The translations under genes and the position numbers were made by a program. The notes under the pieces are model-generated. The model searched no databases. It was not told the DNA's origin and saw nothing but the letters and a program-made list of their open reading frames with translations. This document shows positions 61,224 through 64,000 of a stretch of DNA of 64,000 bases, piece after piece. Source of the DNA: Antedon mediterranea (lineage: Eukaryota > Animalia > Echinodermata); NCBI RefSeq assembly GCF_964355755.1, contig NC_092674.1:4650001-4714000 (forward strand). The letters run 5' to 3'. Position 1 is the first letter of the stretch. Every line of letters starts with the position of its first letter.

Positions 61224-62271
61224 GACCCCATTTACACTTCAGCTTTTAGCGAGCCCGAGGCCGGCTCCGAGCCAAAAGTGCACAAGTGTAAACACTCTGG
61301 GAACAACCGAGCCGGCCTCGAGCCGGCTCAATTTTGAGCCTAGTCTAGAGTAGGCTTCGGGCCGGCAATTGCGGGCTTCGGGCCGGCACTTCGTATAGTG
61401 TAAACACTCGCGGTCATAAAATGAACGTTCTGGGTCAACTATAGCTTTAAGTTTACGAAACTTATTGCTGATGAATCGGAAATTCTTCATTGAAATTAAA
61501 TTGGTGAAGATAGTATACGCCTTTTTCACGAAACGAAGACATCTTCGATCTATGACAAACAATGCCGTGCAACGAAGCGTAACCAACAGAAATAACATAG
61601 CGTTTTCATGGGATTTCAGGACACCATGCGGCGCCTATGCTTATAAACTGTGGTGTTTTTTTCGATGGACTTAAGAAGTGAAAAAAAAAAATTTTAATTT
61701 TTTTCAATCACACAGTTATATAGGCTAATCTTTAAAGAACATTTTACAGTACAAATTTTGTCCATACGACTGTCCGTTGAGGAGTTACGAATTTTTAAGT
61801 AACTTGTCCTCCGAAAATAGGCTGAAAACGCTATGTTATTTCTGTTAGTTACGCTTCGTTGAACGGCATTGTTTGTGTTTTCATCGATCGAAGAATGATG
61901 TCTTCCGTTTCGTAAAAAGGGCGTATTATCTACTACTATTCTTTAGAAAACGAGACGCAAACATTAGTAGTAAAGCAATAATACAATTGTTTTGATCCAT
62001 ATTAAATACCGTTATTTGATTCTTTTTTGATAAAGTTGATAGGCCTAGGCCTAGTGTAGATCGACAACTTTTTAACATGAGCGGATATGACGTGAATGTA
62101 GCGAAATCGTATCATCGAGCACTCTTCCGCGAGAGCAAGTGTAAACACAATAGTAGGGGCCCGAGGCCGGCTTTTTGGGTAAGTGTAAACACATTGCAGG
62201 CTAAAAAGAAAGCCGGCGTTGGGCCGACTTCGGGCCGGCTAAGAAATCGTCGATGAAGTGTAAATGGGGTC
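61224..62271. mobile_element. GC-rich Harbinger-like non-autonomous element with a nested long-TIR element (61518-61923)
   Basis: Perfect 18-bp TIR GACCCCATTTACACTTCA and repeated AGTGTAAACAC and CCCGAGGCCGGC motifs. The inner element has TA-flanked IRs of about 90 bp (CGCC.TTTT.ACGAAACG...AACAGAAATAACATAGCGTTTTCA). Confidence 0.8.
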
Positions 62272-63180
62272 AAAGATGTGTGAAACACATAGTCAATAAA
62301 TTAGCTCAGGAACATACTCTCTTGTCTTGAATCAACATAAAGCAGCTGCTACTGCAGGCCTCTTTTTTCAAACACACTTCATCATCATAATACAAAATAT
62401 AGGGTGTCCTTAAGGCGTATCAATCCCCCGCAACTCATTAACATAAAGTGTAAAAATCAATACCCTATGTGATATTAATAGCTCAATCTAACACATTCAG
62501 TTGTATAAAGAAATCAAATGAATACAAAATTCTTTATGGGTGTATTTAAATTTTAATTTCTTTATGTTAAACTAATGTTATATACTAATTTAATATACTG
62601 TATTCTTTAAAGAATCTCATCTATTTATTTTAATTTAATTTTTATTGTTACATGTGTATGTCTCGTCATGTTGTATTTTTGTGAATGTTCCCTAATGATC
62701 AGCTTCAGCCACCCTCGTAAAATATTGTTTCAATAAATAAATAAAATAATCTATATTGTCATCTTCAAAAAAAATAAAAAAGTTAGAACAAAAGTAGGGT
62801 ACCGGTATATGCAAAAACTTGTTTAAACAGTTGCTCTATATGTGCACAATTATTTATAGCCTTTATTCATAGTAAAGAACTGTAATGCTACAATTAGTTG
62901 GAGAGAAACTAATAAGGCTAACTGTTTTCTATAGTATTGTAGCTCCATGTAAATCAAAACAATAAAATGATTCTTAGAGTGAATGTAAAATAAACCCTAT
63001 AGGACACTGTATACACAGCTGTGAATTGTAGAATAAACATTTTCATTCATTAAAGTTAATTAAAATATATGTATAAGAAGATTTGTTGGAATTAGTATAA
63101 TTCTTATAAAGCAGGGGCTTTATCAAAAGTGATTTGATTTGAACTCACACCTGAACTTATTAGCATAAAATAACATAATA

Positions 63181-63334
63181 TACTATCCAACTTTATGTGA
63201 CAAAACAATGTGATATGCCCATATATAGACATGATGATGTCATATAACTACCATATTTAAGCATATCACTATACCATATTTAGGCACTTCACATACTTTT
63301 TTTGTCAAACTAGTTTGGTAGTGTAGACAGAGCT
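63181..63334 (+). mobile_element. MITE family A (left end truncated)
   Basis: Core plus right TIR AGTGTAGACAGAGCT|TAA. Confidence 0.85.
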
Positions 63335-64000
63335 TAATACAGTTCTTATTTATATGTTGATCATTTCCATTGAACCAGTGTCACTCACAAAATTTACTGA
63401 GGTTCAGGAAACAAAGCAGAAAATGTTTAAAACCAAAAAAACATTTTTAGTTTTATTCACCATTTCCCAAACATGTGTAAGAATATAAGGCTCAATTAGT
63501 CCTGCGTAAATGTGTACCGGTAGTAAAAACTATTATCTACTGCAGCCCTTTCACATTCTCTTTAGTTCATAACATTAGGTTCATTTACAGGTATCTATCA
63601 GTGGTTTAAATTAGGCAAAACAGTTATACAATTGTGTGAACTGTATAAGCTACAGTACGGGCATGCTGAAGTCCAGTAGGCATCGACATTTTAAAAATGT
63701 ATAAAAGTTTATTCATTGTTTTACTTTCAGACAGTGGATACCCGTACCTGTTCTATTGAGTATACTAAACAAATAAAAGCAGTAGACGTACAAAAAGACT
63801 ATGTATACAGTAGGTTTATACAGCTTAGATACAGCTACAAAAACATCAAGCGAATGTTTACATGTTAGGGCGAGCATTTCAAAGCTGTTCTTTAACAATG
63901 CGTTTACTTGACTATGTTCACAGAGACCCAAATACCATGAGGCAATTAGTACCATTATTGTGTCTCATATAAACTGAAACGAGTACAATGAAATCCAAAA

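Overview
AT-rich, intron-containing animal DNA. The gene and repeat content suggests an invertebrate deuterostome such as an echinoderm; this is an inference. Four spliced protein-coding genes can be rebuilt by hand with consistent GT-AG phases: (1) the 5' coding exons of TKFC (triokinase/FMN cyclase, minus strand, running off the left edge); (2) a complete head-to-head MRPL30 (plus, 3 coding exons); (3) a complete SLC16/monocarboxylate-transporter-like MFS gene (plus, 6 coding exons, about 488 aa); (4) the 3' 18 coding exons (about 2715 aa) of a dachsous (DCHS) protocadherin (minus), whose 5' part lies beyond a >16 kb intron off the right edge. The rest is a dense mobilome. It includes a young 5'-truncated Tx1/L1-clade LINE with poly(A) and a 13-bp TSD, RTE and L2/Crack-type LINE 3' fragments, tRNA-derived and 5S-derived SINEs, 13 copies of one Harbinger-like MITE, Kolobok-, hAT-, Tc1- and Merlin/MULE-like non-autonomous elements, Helentron/DINE-1-like elements (one nested in another), and minisatellites. 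I see no CRISPR array, prokaryotic system or clearly new protein-coding system. The most unusual signals are three 34-53 bp hairpin insertions with 7-bp TSDs, the self-nested CRE-rich Helentron-like elements, a 5S-derived SINE with swapped tails, and a possible TKFC first exon inside MRPL30 intron 1. All TE superfamily calls rest on termini and TSDs only, with no database search.
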